Assembly: GCA_964016885.1 (NCBI GenBank)
Contig: OZ024740.1
Span: forward strand, 165,354,001-165,418,000
Length of the DNA: 64,000 bases
Source of the DNA: Eledone cirrhosa
Lineage: Eukaryota
Direction of reading: 5' to 3'
The position numbers and the translations under genes are program-made. Below, in pieces: positions 26,573-38,408 of the stretch. The first letter of the stretch is position 1. Every line of letters starts with the position of its first letter. Under the pieces are notes generated by a model that saw only the letters and a list, made by a program, of their open reading frames with translations, had not been told where the DNA came from and did no database searches.

Positions 26573-28379
26573 CCTCCCTCTCTCTCTCTCTCTCTGTGAT
26601 TAGTAATAGTTCCTTTGAAGAAGCTTGCATGGCTAGCGGTCAGATTTTTATCTCACTAATATACCCATGCTATATCGTGTCAAGTATTGTGGCCTTCCCG
26701 GTCTTTGCACTGCAGACACTACTCCCTCTTTCTCTCTCTTTCTCTCTCTCTTACACACACACACATACACACACACATACATATACATATATATGTGTGT
26801 GTATATATATATGTATGTGTATATATATATATATTTATATATTTGTGGGGTGAATGTGTGCGCCTGTGTGAGCGTATACAGCTGTATATACGCTGGCTAA
26901 TAAAGGTACGTATAGAGAGAGACACAGAAGAAAGAAAGAAGATATATGTGAGGAATAGCGAAGTAAGAAGTAAATAAGTTGAAAGTGCACGTGAGTGCAA
27001 AGAAAATAGTGGAACTATAATAGAATAAACTCCGTTTGAGATTTCTTCCAAGAATAGCAATTTAAATTTTCAATCTGTAATTGAAAAAATAATGTATTTT
27101 TTAATTTCTCAATTTTTTATTTTCATTGTATTTTTCCTAAATTGTTGATATTCAAATAGCAACAAATTTTCTTAATATCCTCAAAACGACAGCGTTTAAG
27201 ATTCAGCCATAAGATATCTTTTACAACGAATTAGATTATATTATACTTTTAGCGAACAATTTCTTGACATATAAATAAAAAATGTCCGTGTATTTTTGCA
27301 ACATTATAATTGCTGTTTTCTTCATCCTGACGATTTATAGTTTTTACTGTGTGTGTTGGGTGGGTATTTGTCTGTTTGACTATGTTATATAATTCCTTAA
27401 AAACAACAACAGGTATATGTGTATTTTGTCAGTAAACTCACTGACTAATAAACCATACAATATATCCAGAATCTGTCCTGGGATATTTAGTGTTACAACT
27501 GGGATATCGCGTGTATATTTTATCAGAACATAATACTATATACAAATTAAACACCATTAAGATTATTTGTGTTATCACGTGTGTATTTTATCAGAAAATA
27601 AAACTTTATACAAATGAAACGCTATTAAGATTATATGAACATTTCAGGAGATTTTGTTTCTTCCTACAGTTGAACAATGTACACATACTTTGGGATAAAT
27701 TTCTTATATATAGCAATATCTGAATCCTGTGTGTTATTGTATCATAGTTTTTAAACATGTAGCTAAAGATTTATGAATAATGTAAATGGAACTTCTGTTA
27801 ATTAATACTAAAACTCACATTTGTTAAAGAAGGAAGAGGAAGGGCAGTGATTACTGCATTTTGCTCGACCCAGAGGTGTGTGTAGCTGAATGCTTGCTAT
27901 AGAGTGAACTCCACCTTCTTTAACAATGTTGAATACAACTAAAAACAGCATCGGGTAAACCGAAGCCTGTTAATGATATTTGGCAAATGTAAACTTTGTA
28001 GAATATCGTCACAAGAACCAATCCTTTCTTTACCGGTAAATTTAAACTTTTACCTGGGGAGTTCAATATATTGCAAACATTCATGCAAGGCCTACAGTGA
28101 GCAAAACGTTTCCCTTCACCCTATCTGTTGTGGTGGCATTGAAAAGTATAATGGCGCCCTCCTTCCCTTTCTGCCTAATCCATAAAAACTTATCTTGCCG
28201 TTTCATTATGAACAATGATGTTCCGGCTCTATCGTTCCGAACTCAAAACCTGTCAAGGTTAAATTTGCATTCATCCTTCCGGAATTGATTAAATAAAGTA
28301 CTAAGGTCAATATCATCGACTTTCTCTGCCCCCATAAAATAGATGACCTTTGCAAAAATTAGAAAGCATTATTAAAAGT

Positions 28380-28508
28380 TACGGCCCTTGCCATTCTGAG
28401 TTCAAATCCCGCCGAGGTTAACTTCACCTTTCATCCTTACGGGGTCGATAAAATAAAGTACCAGTAATTCACTAGGAAATTGCTGGCCTTGTGCCAAAGG
28501 TAGAAACA
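28380..28508 (+). mobile_element. Deu/Nin-like SINE, 5'-truncated
   Basis: GAGTTCAAATCCCGCCGAGG..GGTCGATAAAATAAAGTACCAG. Confidence 0.8.
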
Positions 28509-28710
28509 ATTATTAACAATCATGTAATAGAATAGCTATATTATCGTGAGATAAATGCCTTACTTAGACGAAGTCATTCATTTTTATATTTCATCAAAAT
28601 AAAATTTTTCCGAATATAAAAGACAAGAATTTTCTTTATATAACAATAAAATAGCATATGTGCTTCTTGCATGGCTACGACTATAATATAAGTTACATGA
28701 TACTAAAAAC

Positions 28711-28749
<39 letters not shown>

Positions 28750-28750
28750 A

Positions 28751-28814
<64 letters not shown>

Positions 28815-28828
28815 TACGGACACACACG

Positions 28829-28867
<39 letters not shown>

Positions 28868-28893
28868 ACACACACACACACATACACACACGC

Positions 28894-29912
28894 TGTTAGT
28901 CAACGCCGTGTTATAGTATATACTATAACACGGCGTTGACTAACATCGGCTTCTCACAACCCATCACTTACTCTCCCACTAGCAACAACACCATTAAGAA
29001 AAGTAAGCGCATCAATAGACAAACTATCTGGTTCTCTTCTCCCTTCTCACTCAACGTTAAAACCAATGTAGGAAAACAATGTCTAGCCCTCTTAGATAGA
29101 CACTTCCCCATAGGTCATAAATACCGCCCCATCTTTAACCGACACAAAGTTAAACTAGGATACTCCTGCGCTAAGAACATGAAGGCCCACATCACCAGCA
29201 GCCCTAGGAGCAACACCCCACCAGAGTGCTATTGCCGTAAGCCTGAAGCTTGCCCCCTTCAACAGCAATGCAACACACCAGCTGTAATCTATGTAGCTGT
29301 GGTCACTTCTAACCGACCAAACGAACCACAGGAGGTCAAATTCTATGTGGGCATGGCGGATGGCGGATTCAAAGAACGTTCCCTGAACCACCAGTCTATC
29401 TTCAGATACCCGGATAGACGTTCATCCAGGAAACTCGCGACCTACGTATGGTCCCTCAAGGACTCAAGTACAGACTACTCCATCCAATGGAAAGCCATCA
29501 CTAAGTCCAAACCATACGCAAGGGGAAATCCTACGTGTGGCTTATGTATTGACGAACGAATAACTATCCTAAAGAGATTACGCAATAGTGATTGTCTAAA
29601 CACGAGCGTGAATTTTTCACACGTTGTCCACACGTCGCCAAACACCTATTACAGAACTACAAGGCTCCGGACTGATTCTTTGTAATTTTATTTTATTTTC
29701 AACCTAAAAACTTTTCGGACTTTCGCAGTTATCTCTCTTACACCTCTCGCAAGCAGTCTAGTATTGCCTGTGTGAAGTGACCGGGTTTCTGCGCATGCGC
29801 GTTCGTACGGTTGTCCTTCCTGTTCCTATAAAGATGCCCATCCCGAGCTGAAGATCCGCTAAGGTGAAACAATTGTTCTCGGTATGGTGAACTAACTGTT
29901 GTGTAACCACTT
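28894..29912 (+). mobile_element. 5'-truncated Naiad-like Penelope element with a 52 bp snap-back at its 5' end
   Basis: ORF 28936..29685: IWFSSPFS..HFPIGHKYRPIFN, CYCRKPEACPL, VIY..FYVG (GIY-YIG), CGLC. Confidence 0.85.
29843..29882 (+). ncRNA. Minimal type I hammerhead motif (GUU triplet)
   Basis: CCGAG-CTGAAGA-tCC gctaa GGt-GAAA-CAATTG-TT-CTCGG; second copy at 47447-47484. Confidence 0.7.
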
Positions 29913-30054
29913 CTCTCTCTCTATATATATATATATATACATACATACATATATACATACATACATACACAAACATACAGACACAGACAGACAGACAGAC
30001 AGACAGAAAGACAGACACACACACGAACACGCACATGCACACACACGCACAGAC

Positions 30055-30205
<151 letters not shown>

Positions 30206-30829
30206 TTGGTGCTCTGAGTATCTCTCCTTGTTTGCTGAAAATTTAAAGTAAGTGAGACTGTCACTACTCTAAAACAATAGCGTAAGGTCTTCGAAATGCT
30301 TTTAATTAAGCATACAGTGTATTGCAAAATACACTATATATACATTCATATATATATATATATAAACATCAAATGGGAGTGAGAGAGTATCAGAATTCAT
30401 AGAATAATGAGAACTTCCTTTTTTCGTTATTTCTCTCTCCCAATCTTCCGTTTTCTTTCCCCTTCTTGTCTCCCCCTCTCCTTCTCTTAACCGCCGCGCA
30501 AAATATTTTTTGAATTATGATATTTTGTTAACTATATTTTTTATCGTGATTCATATTGATATTTTGATATTTTGATCTGTTTTTTTGAGTGATTTGTATA
30601 GGTATTTTAATGAAACTAATGACCCCCAATAATCTATGCTAACTGATGGCAAATTGTTAAATAAATTTGCTATATGTGGGAAGAAATGATTGTCAGTGAC
30701 TTGAACGTTTAATTTTGGGTTTGTCAGCTAATTGGAACACTATAACGGTTCTGCATGATCCTATCATTGCATTGAGCTAAAATACACCTACTAGCAAATG
30801 ATAGATTACTATTATATATATATATATAT

Positions 30830-31068
30830 ATATCACATAAGAAACGGAGAATCAGAGGTGAGACGAAGCAGTACTCTGCTTCGTAGAATCGTGACGTATC
30901 TGAGGATCTTGCGATTTCAGCTGGTCGCCAGAGAAACGATGGTAATACGTCTAATAGATTTTATTCCCACTGATTCTCCGTTTCTTATGTGATATTATAC
31001 TCTGCTCTGCAAAAGCATCGAGTGTTCAAATGTCCTACCGCTTACGGACGCTCTAAGCATCCCACACC

Positions 31069-31072
<4 letters not shown>
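30830..31072 (+). mobile_element. About 240 bp HHR-bearing mini-element with a 26 bp 5' inversion, between (TA)n runs
   Basis: Inverted repeat 30830-30855 / 30970-30995; 3' part homologous to 53400-53500. Confidence 0.7.
30893..30951 (+). ncRNA. Type I hammerhead ribozyme motif
   Basis: GACGTAT-CTGAGGA-TCTtGCGAT..GTCGCcAGA-GAAAC-GATG-GTA-ATACGTC (7 bp helix I). Confidence 0.8.
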
Positions 31073-31141
<69 letters not shown>

Positions 31142-31239
31142 TGTGAACAGACGTGTTTCTATTGCTCTCTACCAAGTCAGTAGCCAGCTACCCAGCTTTA
31201 AAGCCTATTCGACCGAACATATATATATGTATATATATT

Positions 31240-31640
31240 TGTAACCACGTGCTTTTCCTACAAATTCGTAAGTACGTTTTTTTAAGTACAGATTATTATA
31301 TACACTCGTTTTTCTCTTAATATCTTCAAACAACCAATTAATCAAAACTTTTAACAACCTTAAACAACCAAATAACCAAATCTCACATCCATAAAATTGA
31401 ATACATATCTATATATACGCTACTTTAATATCTTTAAATAACCAAAGGCTCACTCATATAAGGAAAAAGTATATACAAATACACGGGCTTTCCCTACAAA
31501 CTCGCAAGTAAGTCTTCTTAACTACAAACTATTATATACACTCGTTTTTGCTTGGATATCTTCAAACCACCAAATAACCAAAAACTATTAACATCCTCAA
31601 ACAATCAAACTCACATCCATAAGAGAGAATATATATATAT
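31240..31640. repeat. Tandem satellite-like repeat, continued at 34057-34460
   Basis: Repeated ATTATATACACTCGTTTTT..GATATCTTCAAAC..CAAATAACCAAAAACTATTAACATCCTC..CACATCCATAAGAGAGAA. Confidence 0.75.
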
Positions 31641-33540
31641 ATTACTTACAAGCAAATATCGGGGACTGCGATGGGTACAAAAGCCGCTCCGACTTATGCC
31701 AACTTAGTCATGGCATACTTAGAAGTCCAGATATATGAACAGTCCAAATCAAAATACGGATTGAACTTCCACAAATATTTATCAGAGAATTGGAAACGCT
31801 ACTTGGATCATTCTTTGGTCCCACACACTCGACCAACTGAATTATTTCAAAAACTTAATAAACGGCATCAATAACCACATCCAATTCACAATGGAATACA
31901 ACCAAGATCAACTCCCATTTGTGGACATCTTAATCTTTAAAAAAGACACAAATATTGAAACTGACATACACTACAAACCAACAGATTCCAAACAATACCT
32001 GCTATTCACCCCCAACCATCCAAAGCACACGAAGACGAATATTCCTTTTAACCTAGTAAGAAGAATTTGCACAATTGTCTCCAATTATGAAACGCGAAAT
32101 AAAAGACTTCAAGAATTAAAGGAAATTCTACTCGAAAGACAGTACCCACCATTACTAATAAATAATGGAATAGAAAGGGCTAAAGCAATAGACATTGATG
32201 AATTACGAAAACAGAAACTAATTCAAGGTACGTCCAATATTCTATCAAATATCTCAACACACAACCCAAGAAATGCAGAAGCTTACAACACTATTCACAA
32301 GAACATCCCACTAATGAAACAAGACCCAAGAATGAAAAAAGCCCTTGAAACACACAAAATAATCCAAAGCAAAAGACAACCGAAATCACTGAAAACATTA
32401 CTCACCAATGCCAAATTACCTACGACAAACCCACAACCAACTGTCAAAAAATGTGGTCGCTCTAATTGTGGAACCTGCACTCACCTCATTGAAGGCAACA
32501 CGTATACATTTAAACCAGGACAAAATTTTGCTATAAAAAAATCACTTCACTTGCTCATCAAAAAATCTACTTTATGCCATTAAATCGATGCAATGAAGAT
32601 TATATAGGACAAACTAAACTCACGCTCAGAAACAGAATGACAGTTCATCGCCAACAATTACGAGATCCAACCACGAGACAGATACCACTAAGCGCACATC
32701 TAGACATATGCTCAAGTAATAAGACACCCACATTCCAAGTCTTTAGATTTTACCTTTGCGCTGACAATACAACAGAATAAATACGAATAAATAAGGAAAA
32801 TATGTTTATTCAAGCATTAAATATGGTTTAATATACATTATGTCAACACCATAACATGCTAACCATCCAAACAGACACATACACACACACATAACACCTT
32901 CTACTTTAGAAAATAAAACCCGAACTAAATAAACCTTAACATACGTTTGCGCTGACAATACAACAGAACAAATACGAATAAGTAAGGAAAATATGTTCAT
33001 TCAAAAATATTCCTACTAACGGAATCATTTTCCTACACACACAATATATATATTCTCTTCATCTTAACATGCTAACAATACTCCCACACACACATAACAC
33101 CTATACACATACATAACAGCCCCCGCCCCCACACACACACAACTCCCTCCCCCATTTCTACTAAGAGAATCACTTTCCTACACACATATACACACACACA
33201 AAATATATATATTCTCACCATCTTAACATACTCCCCCCCCCATACACACACACACATAACACCCATATACACACACACAACTCCCTCCTCCATTTCTACT
33301 AATAGAATCATCTTCCAATACACACACACACACACAAGCACACAAATAAACACATATCTTTACTTTCTTTATTTCAATAGAAAATATGAATTCTGACACC
33401 CCAGCGAACCAGCAATATTCACTGAACCAGAACAATTCTCCCATCCCATTTCTCTTGACCATTATCTTTTGCTTGTCATAAAATTCTCTTAAAGGCTACA
33501 AAATAAATTCCCAAATACGGGCGCGAATTTTAATGAACTT

Positions 33541-33835
33541 GTTCACGTGACAATCATAATTTCATTTATAACCAATCAAATTACATTTATATTTTAAAAA
33601 AAGCCTTCGTGAGCCTCCTTTTTTTTAAGTAAAAAGAAATTCAAACACTCATATATGAAAAAACAAACTGACTCCGCCCCCCCCCCCTGTTTGAAGAACT
33701 TTGTAACGCGAACTGGCGCGAAATTTATTATACTATACTTATTGAGCAACCAATCAAATTACTTCTCTAAAAACCTGGCGTTTCGAGCCACTTTTTTCCA
33801 TATAAAACAAGTAACATTCAAAGACCAACCAGATG
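33541..33835 (+). promoter_or_regulatory. Candidate Pol II promoter in the PLE terminal repeat
   Basis: CACGTG (33544), two CCAAT (about 33572 and 33750), GC box CCGCCC (about 33674), TATAAAA 33801-33807, and C|A at 33831. Confidence 0.5.
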
Positions 33836-33868
33836 TGAGAAAAACCACAGACCCTCCATTTCAACTCT

Positions 33869-33903
33869 ACTCTTGAAAAGCAGAACTGCGAAACCGGTAA
33901 AGG
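33869..33903 (+). ncRNA. Hammerhead motif, U3-A8 variant (helix I eroded)
   Basis: TTGAAAA-GCAG aa CTGC-GAAACCGGTA-AAGG. Confidence 0.55.
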
Positions 33904-34235
33904 AACCAAATAAATATATATATTTTTCTAAAAATAAGACTCCAGTTGCATTTTCGATTTCATCTTTGTTTCTTTATACATTCAATTGTGTAGGACACCT
34001 CGGTTATTTTTCATTTTGTAAAAAAAACCTCACATTCTAATATATATATATATATACACGATTCTATAATTTCTTCAAATAATATTATATACACCCGTTT
34101 TTTCAAATAATATTATATACACCCGTTTTTTCAAATAATATTACATACACTCGTTTTTCCTTGGATATCTTCAAACAACCAAATAACCAAAAACTATTAA
34201 CATCCTCAAACAACCAAAGTCACATCAATAAGAGA

Positions 34236-34285
<50 letters not shown>

Positions 34286-34460
34286 GATTCTTTAATTCTT
34301 CAAATAATATTATATACACTCGTTTTTCCTTGGATAACTTCAAACAACCAAATAACCAAAAACTATTAACATCCTCAAACAACCAAACTCACATCCATAA
34401 GAGAGAATATATATATACACGATTCTTTAATTTCTTCAAATAACCAAAGTCTCACTCACG

Positions 34461-35849
34461 TGTCAAGGTATTTGAGAGGGTGTTGAGATCACGAATAACC
34501 CACTTTCTTGAAAGCAACGGCCAACCAACATGGGTTCCATAATATGAGGGACTGCCTAACGCAGCTCCTGCATCACTTTGACGATGTTTTGAGTGTTTTG
34601 GGAGAGGGTTCCAACACTGATGTCATCTACCTTGACTTCAGAAAGGCCTTCGAAAGGGTTGATCATAAGATTCTACTGAAAAAACTATCCAATGTTGGTG
34701 TCTCTGGAAGGTTACTACAGTGGATCAAATGTTTCCTGACAGGCAGAACCCAGCATGTTGTAGTCGAAGGAGTAAAATCAAGCCCTGCCAAAGTCAACAC
34801 TGTGTTGGGCCCACTTCTTTTCAGCATTTACATTAATGACATTACTGACATCATCAAGCACAGCAACATCAGAATCTTTGCAGATGATTCAAAGCTCCAA
34901 AGGGTCATCAATGAGGTGGGTGACCGGACTTGCCTTCAGTCAGACCTACTGGCTGTTATCCAATGGGCAGAAATGAATAATATGCTGCTGAATGAGGATA
35001 CATTTGAACTAATCCACTTTGGAAAAAAGGATGCCCTGAAACTACCATACTCTCTTCCTTCGGGTGAAACTCTAGTGGCATCCAATAACATCATGAGACC
35101 TGGGAGTAATTGTGGACAACAATATAAATTGGGCAACTCATATAAACAGCAAAGTTGATATGGCCCGCAGAATGTGTTCCTGGATTCTCAGAACTTTCCA
35201 GTCGAGAGATATCCACACTGTTATCCTTCTCTTCTCCACCTTTTCCCTACCTCACCTTGAATACTGTTGTCCACTGTGGTTACCCCACACGAAACAAAGT
35301 ATCATGAAAGTTGAAGCACCCCAAAGGTCAATTACAAAAAAAGATAGATGGTATGACATGCCTTGACTATTGGAGTCGATTAGAAAAGCTCAAACTTTAT
35401 TCTCTTCAACGTCGGCGTGAGCGCTACATTATCTGTATCATGTGGAAAATATTCCATCGGCTTTGCACAGATGATGTGTGCATTACCTTTAGTGTACACC
35501 CAAGGCTTGGGCCCCGTGCTATCCGCCCACGACAAAAATCTCTCTCGCATCACATAACAACAATACGGCACAATTATTTCACCTGAATTGGCCCTGCACT
35601 CTTTAACATTACACCAAAACACATCAAAGCAGAGACAGACCCCATCAAATTCAAGAAGTCTTTGGATAAATTCCTTCAAGAAATCCCGGATAAGCCTCCC
35701 ACATCTGTATATGGCTCCGTAAACAATAACGCTCTGCTCGAGCGGGCCATGGTGCCCAAACACTAATTTGTAAGACTTCGCCAGGTGGTGCTATTAAGTT
35801 AGACATGGCCTGGGCCAATACTGGCCGAAACCTATCAAAGTTATCAAAG

Positions 35850-35851
<2 letters not shown>
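34461..35851 (+). mobile_element. 5'-truncated CR1/L2-group LINE (RT domain + 3' end)
   Basis: NQHGF, VIYLDFRKAFERVDH, LGPLLF, IFADD, LEYCCPLW, LYSLQRRRER; tail (ATCAAAGTT)2. Confidence 0.85.
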
Positions 35852-35898
<47 letters not shown>

Positions 35899-35909
<11 letters not shown>

Positions 35910-36244
35910 GAGGGATTTTTACAAAATGAAACAAAAACGAGATGTCCGACACGAGTGAAAGTATAATGAAAAAAGATGAAATCGAAAATGCAACTGGAGT
36001 CTTTTAAAAAAAATATCTATTTGTTTCTTTTACCGATTTCGCAGTTCTTGTGCTTTTAAAAAGTAGAATTGAGATGGAGGGTTTGTGGTTTTTCTCGCAT
36101 CTGGTTGGTGTTCGAATGTTACTTCGGTTTTATATGGATAAAAGTGGCTCTAAATGATAGGTTTTTAGAAAAGTAATTTGGTTGGTTGATGCAGTCACGT
36201 GAATAAGCACATCAACTTTCGCGCCAGTTTGTGTTTGAATTTCT

Positions 36245-36293
<49 letters not shown>

Positions 36294-36364
36294 TTATATA
36301 TACACGTATATATATTCACTCGTGTAGGACATCTCGCTTTTGTTTGATTTTGTAAAAAAACCTC

Positions 36365-36375
<11 letters not shown>
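35899..36375 (-). repeat. Diverged Neptune terminal-repeat copy with an inverted end of about 60 bp
   Basis: 35899-36240 is similar to the reverse complement of 33700-34040; 36314-36375 inverts 35899-35960. Confidence 0.75.
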
Positions 36376-36407
<32 letters not shown>

Positions 36408-36460
36408 GATAAATCTACCAAGAGTTTACGGTAGTGTCCAATCCGTATTTTATTTTATTT

Positions 36461-36587
<127 letters not shown>

Positions 36588-37335
36588 ATATATATATAAA
36601 TATATAACAAAGAAAACAAATAAACCAAGTGGTAAGAAACCAGATAAACCATAATGCACCAGTGTACTCAATACTTAGTGTGGTAGAGTGGGTAATAGGA
36701 AAAGAGTCAGTCACCCGTCGGCTGAACACCGGCCGTCGAAGTCATGACTCTTTTCCTATATATATATATACATATATATACATATATATACATATATATA
36801 CATATACATATACATATATATACATATATATATACATATATACTCAATACTAACTAATACTTATTACTATTTTATACTTATTCCTAATTAAACTATTTTT
36901 CACTGGGAAAATTTGTCACCATTTTCTTTTCCTTTTTACTGCTGGAATTTCAAATTTGCCGGTCATTCGATGCGGGAAGGAGCTACTTAACGGACACGAT
37001 TTTTAACTGTGGTAAGAAATGTTTTTCTTATATCAAAGTTTAATGGGCTTCCACTGATGATTTATAACCGCCCACCTAAATATATTCTTACATAAACTGG
37101 AAATATTCTCCGAATTTGTAGAAAACTTATAATGAAACAATTGTTTGGAAAGAGAGATATATTTTAACTTTAATTATATCTCATAAAATAATACAACTGG
37201 CTTTTCCACATAATACATATTGTTAGCACCCCAAACACTTAAATTGGGTTTATATTAAAATATAACCTAATGTTTGTTGAGTGAGATGGTTACCAGTCAG
37301 AGATTAGCTTTAAACTATCTTTGTTATTGTATTAA

Positions 37336-37377
<42 letters not shown>

Positions 37378-37381
<4 letters not shown>

Positions 37382-38348
37382 CTACTGTACGTCTGTATAC
37401 ATATATGTATGTATGTATACATACTTATATTTATGTAACAGCCGTACTAAGATTGAGAAATGAAATTTCATTTCATTTTTTCTGTTTATCGTTTTCGGTA
37501 CCCCGGCCGATAAACTCACTCGATATGCAAATTAGGCTGCTCAGCCGTTAATATGCATAAGGAAAGTGTATACTTTCAGGCGTTCAATCATCTGGCAGGA
37601 AGGTATACGTTGCTGACAATAGCTAATAAGCTTGAAATTAGTACAGCGTTCCTTTGTCAGGGTTGAACAAATGAGCAACGATGGTTGCTAGACACTGTAG
37701 GGCTTAATTCGGGATGTTCGTTTACAAACACACCGATCATTATAATAAATGTTCGGTGAATCCATACGTACATATATATATGTGTGCATGTATGTATATA
37801 TATATGCGTACTACTGTACGTCTGTATACATATATGTATGTACGTATACATACTTATATTTAAGTAACAGCCGTACTAAGAGTGAGAAATGAAATTTCAT
37901 TTCATTTTTCCGTTTATCGTTTTCAGTACCCCGGCCGATAAACTCACTCGATAGGCAAATTAGGCTGCTCAGCCGTTAATATGCATAAGGAAAGTATATA
38001 CTTTCAGACGTTCAATCATCTGGCAGGAAGGTATACGTTGCTGACGATAGCTAATAAGCTTGAAACAAGTACAGCGTTCCTTTGTCAGGGTTGAACAAAT
38101 GAGCAACGATGGTTGCTAGACACTACTGCTTAATACGGGATGTTTGTTTACAAACACACCGAGCATTATAATAAATGTTCGGTGAATCCATACGTACATA
38201 TATATATATATGTGTGCATGTATGTATATATATATACATACTACTGTACGTCTGTATACATATATGTATGTACGTATACATACTTATATTTAAGTAACAG
38301 CCGTACTAAGAGTGAGAAATGAAATTTCTTTTTCATTTTTTCCGTTTA
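37378..38348 (+). repeat. Tandem array (about 2.3 units, 428 bp period) with one HHR per unit; retrozyme-like
   Basis: HHRs at 37608-37648 (degenerate CTGACAA) and 38036-38076 (CGTTG-CTGACGA-tAGCT aata AGCTt-GAAAC-AA-GTA-CAGCG); no credible ORF. Confidence 0.85.
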
Positions 38349-38353
38349 TATAT

Positions 38354-38408
<55 letters not shown>

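Larger units (their letters stand above)
31641..34040 (+). mobile_element. 5'-truncated Neptune-like Penelope element (RT, Cys linker, GIY-YIG, terminal repeat)
   Basis: GTAMGTKAAPTYANL, WKRYLD, LPFVDI, YKPTDSKQYL..NHP, CGRSNCGTC, YIGQT; frameshifted. Confidence 0.85.

Noticed and set aside
35775-35835. GGCC AATACT GGCC GAAACC resembling hammerhead stem II + GAAAC
   Set aside because: No CUGANGA and no helix I/III; better explained as the LINE 3' stem-loop
37378-38348. CRISPR-like array interpretation of the tandem repeats
   Set aside because: Whole units repeat with no unique spacers, there are no cas genes, and the context is eukaryotic
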